Source of the DNA: Aplysia californica
Lineage: Eukaryota
Reading direction: 5' to 3'
DNA: 64,000 nucleotides
NCBI RefSeq assembly: GCF_000002075.1
Contig: NW_004797613.1
Location: 66,763-130,762, forward strand
Shown here: in pieces, positions 61,740-64,000 of the stretch
Layout of the letters: every line of letters starts with the position of its first letter
Numbering within the stretch: position 1 is the stretch's first letter
Program-made: the position numbers and the translations under genes
Notes under the pieces: generated by a model
Databases searched by the model: none
What the model was told of the DNA's origin: nothing
Seen by the model: the letters and a program-made list of their open reading frames with translations, nothing else

Positions 61740-62960
61740 AGGTGGTTGGCAGGTGCTCTAGTGTGGTTGGCTCCTTCCCTAATAAACATATATCGTCCTG
61801 ATCTCTCCTCCTTTTTGTGTCTTTGCTACTCTCTTGTAACACCTCTAATGTTCGGCATTTATGATATGTGTTGCAAGTTCAGTAAAACTCTGACTAAAAC
61901 TTAACGGAACCGTGAATTGAGCAAATAATTGTCGCTGTTCAGCTGTCAAGCTCAACAATGACCAAGTCTTCAAACAGGTACAACAAAATTGTATCAGGGT
62001 ATACGTGTCTGGGAATCGCTTGAGAGGCCAACCCGGGTCTTGATCAAGCACCCGTTTTAGACAAGATTGTATTGTACAGGTACTGAGTCAGCAGAAGATG
62101 CTCGTGGGTGTTTGGCGGGTGCTCTGGTGTGGTTTGCTTCTTTCTTCCTATCAAACATCCATCGTCTTTATCTCCCTTCCTTCTTTTTTGAGTTTGTTAC
62201 TCTCTTGTAACATTTCTAATCTTTGGCACTTATATGACCTTATTGTGTTGCAAGTGCCGTAAAACTCTAACTAAAACTACAACTAAGAAGATGTTCGTGC
62301 CTCATGAACAACCTTTTCTTCTGTTTTGCTTGCAATGAAAATGTTGTTGGCCTTGGCTGTATGGGCGCCAGGTAAGATTTTGCTGCGCATGGCGTGGTGG
62401 TTGAAATTGGGTGTTGCTTAATTAAGTAAAGAGAAGCACATCGACACAATAATGGTCATTTAGTACTGGGGAAAAGTAAGACAGGCAGACCGAAACAACA
62501 GAGGGAAAGTAAAGAAGTAGTAGGACCTACCAGTAGGGCCCTCCAACCACCCTCGTGTTGTCATCTGTGCTGATAGTTGTCTGGAAGATGGCCTGAGAGC
62601 GTCCTTGAAGTGTTCTTCTGTCATCAAGCTTTACACTTGCCTTCACATAACTCATGGATGGTTGGCAGGGGCTCAGGTATAGTTTGGTCCTTTTATCCTA
62701 CCAAATATACACCATACTTTTTCCTTCCTTCTTTTCTCTCTAGTAAAAACTCTAAAGTTCGGCACTTATTGTGTTGCAAGTGCCGTAAAACTTTTCCTGA
62801 AACTTTTTAATGACATATAAAATATCATTTCAAATATATATATCATCATTATCTCTCCTCTTTTATGTATGTTACTCGCTAGTACCACATCTAATCTTCG
62901 GCACTATTATGACCTAATTGCTTTGCAAGTGCCATTCAAATCTTACTCAAACTCAAACTC
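61740..62960 (+). repeat. Cluster of four copies of a short non-LTR 3'-end repeat (family B); other copies at 58108-58287 (+), 21795-21965 (-), 25003-25170 (-)
   Basis: Shared TTACTCTCTTGTAACA..TCTAA..TTCGGCACTTATATGACCT.ATTGTGTTGCAAGTGCCGTAAAAC(TAAAAC)n. Confidence 0.75.
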
Positions 62961-63272
62961 TCCTAACTCTCCGTACACACGCTGTTTTTTTGGTCATCAA
63001 TTGTCTGGCGTCCTGACCACTTGTTTTGGTTGTCTGCTGTCCTGACTTAACTACGCGCCCAGCTCATCTGACACTGACATGCCATTTCAAAAGTAGATTA
63101 TAGAGACACGTAACCGTCTCAGTGTTTAGGTGTTTCAATTTGTGTCTGTAATACTATAATATATATAAATATAATGGATCATTCCGGAGAGGTACTACCT
63201 GATTGTGGCGTTTGGTTCTCTGCATAGCTTTCTTTGAGCTGGTTGGAACAAGATTTTGGTCTTTCGGTGCTT

Positions 63273-63274
<2 letters not shown>

Positions 63275-63327
<53 letters not shown>
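63275..63327. repeat. (TG)n microsatellite
   Basis: Direct observation. Confidence 0.95.
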
Positions 63328-63328
<1 letters not shown>

Positions 63329-63684
63329 GTGAAAACGAACGTTAGTGCATGCATTTATTGTGGATATTGTGGATTATTCTCACTGATACATTCAGAACAG
63401 ATGAGCTTGATTCCTGAGTGTGGATGTTAATATGTCGAGTTTCTCCACCTGGCTACAACTTCAACTGAGATGCTGCATCTCACACATCAGCCTAGGTTAG
63501 CCCTGGCAGACAGGGTCGAAGCACAGCCCGCCTCCAAAATGATCTAAATTGTGTTGATGGGGACGGAAAAGATAACCCAATAAGAGCGAGGATGATATTG
63601 AACGTGTGAGGTGTGCGTGCCAGACTGTATTAATAATAATATTGTTACTTCTAATTTCATCAAGTTAGTTTCACACTAAATGAA

Positions 63685-63920
63685 CCGGTGTCTGTGGTGT
63701 AGCGGTAAGGCGCTCCGCTGTTGCACGTAGGAGACCTGAGTTCCGATTCCCGAGCTGACAAAACATTTTTATCGAGTATTTCGGTCTTTCTGCTGGGATG
63801 TTTTATTCCTCCAAGCCTTGGTTCGCTCTGACAGACAGGGTCTGAAGCCCGTCTCCTAAAAGATCTAGATGTGTCGATTGAGGTGTAGGGAGGGGGGGGG
63901 GGGGCGAAAACACCTACGGT
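63685..63920 (+). mobile_element. SINE family D
   Basis: A/B box tRNA head and body shared with 19140-19349. Confidence 0.82.
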
Positions 63921-64000
63921 ACCTTTATATCAACGATTACCAAATGATCCTCAGTAGACTTAAGTTTGAAAGTTGCAGAATATGTGAACACTTGAGGTTC

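Overview
Eukaryotic (metazoan; most likely a mollusc, by inference from the repeat landscape) genomic DNA with seven N-gaps and dense transposon relics. Four protein-coding genes were reconstructed by hand with phase-consistent GT-AG junctions: (1) the last four coding exons of an NXPE/PC-esterase gene (+, 1245-6506); (2) an unrecognised two-exon gene (+, 10680-20920) with an 8.4-kb first exon, encoding a ~3057-aa low-complexity protein carrying repeated SxIP-type motifs; (3) a complete 8-exon C5orf22/UPF0489 homologue (-, 33576-22656); (4) a complete 7-exon PIGM GPI mannosyltransferase I (+, 48208-57452). C5orf22 and PIGM are head-to-head around a probable bidirectional promoter (~38.2-38.6 kb) set in a striking TCTAGA/AGATCT palindrome field. 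Repeats include three tRNA-derived SINE families, LINEs (I/Nimb-like with RNase H, Ingi-like, L2, RTE), a gag relic, Tc1/mariner and pogo relics, and MITEs with piggyBac-, P- and Merlin-like ends. The most notable observations are an HDV-like (L1Tc/ingi Pr77-type) ribozyme fold at the 5' end of the Ingi-like LINE, the giant SxIP protein, a LINE inserted inside a C5orf22 splice acceptor region, and a minisatellite made of splice-acceptor copies. Family assignments rest on remembered motifs, not database searches.
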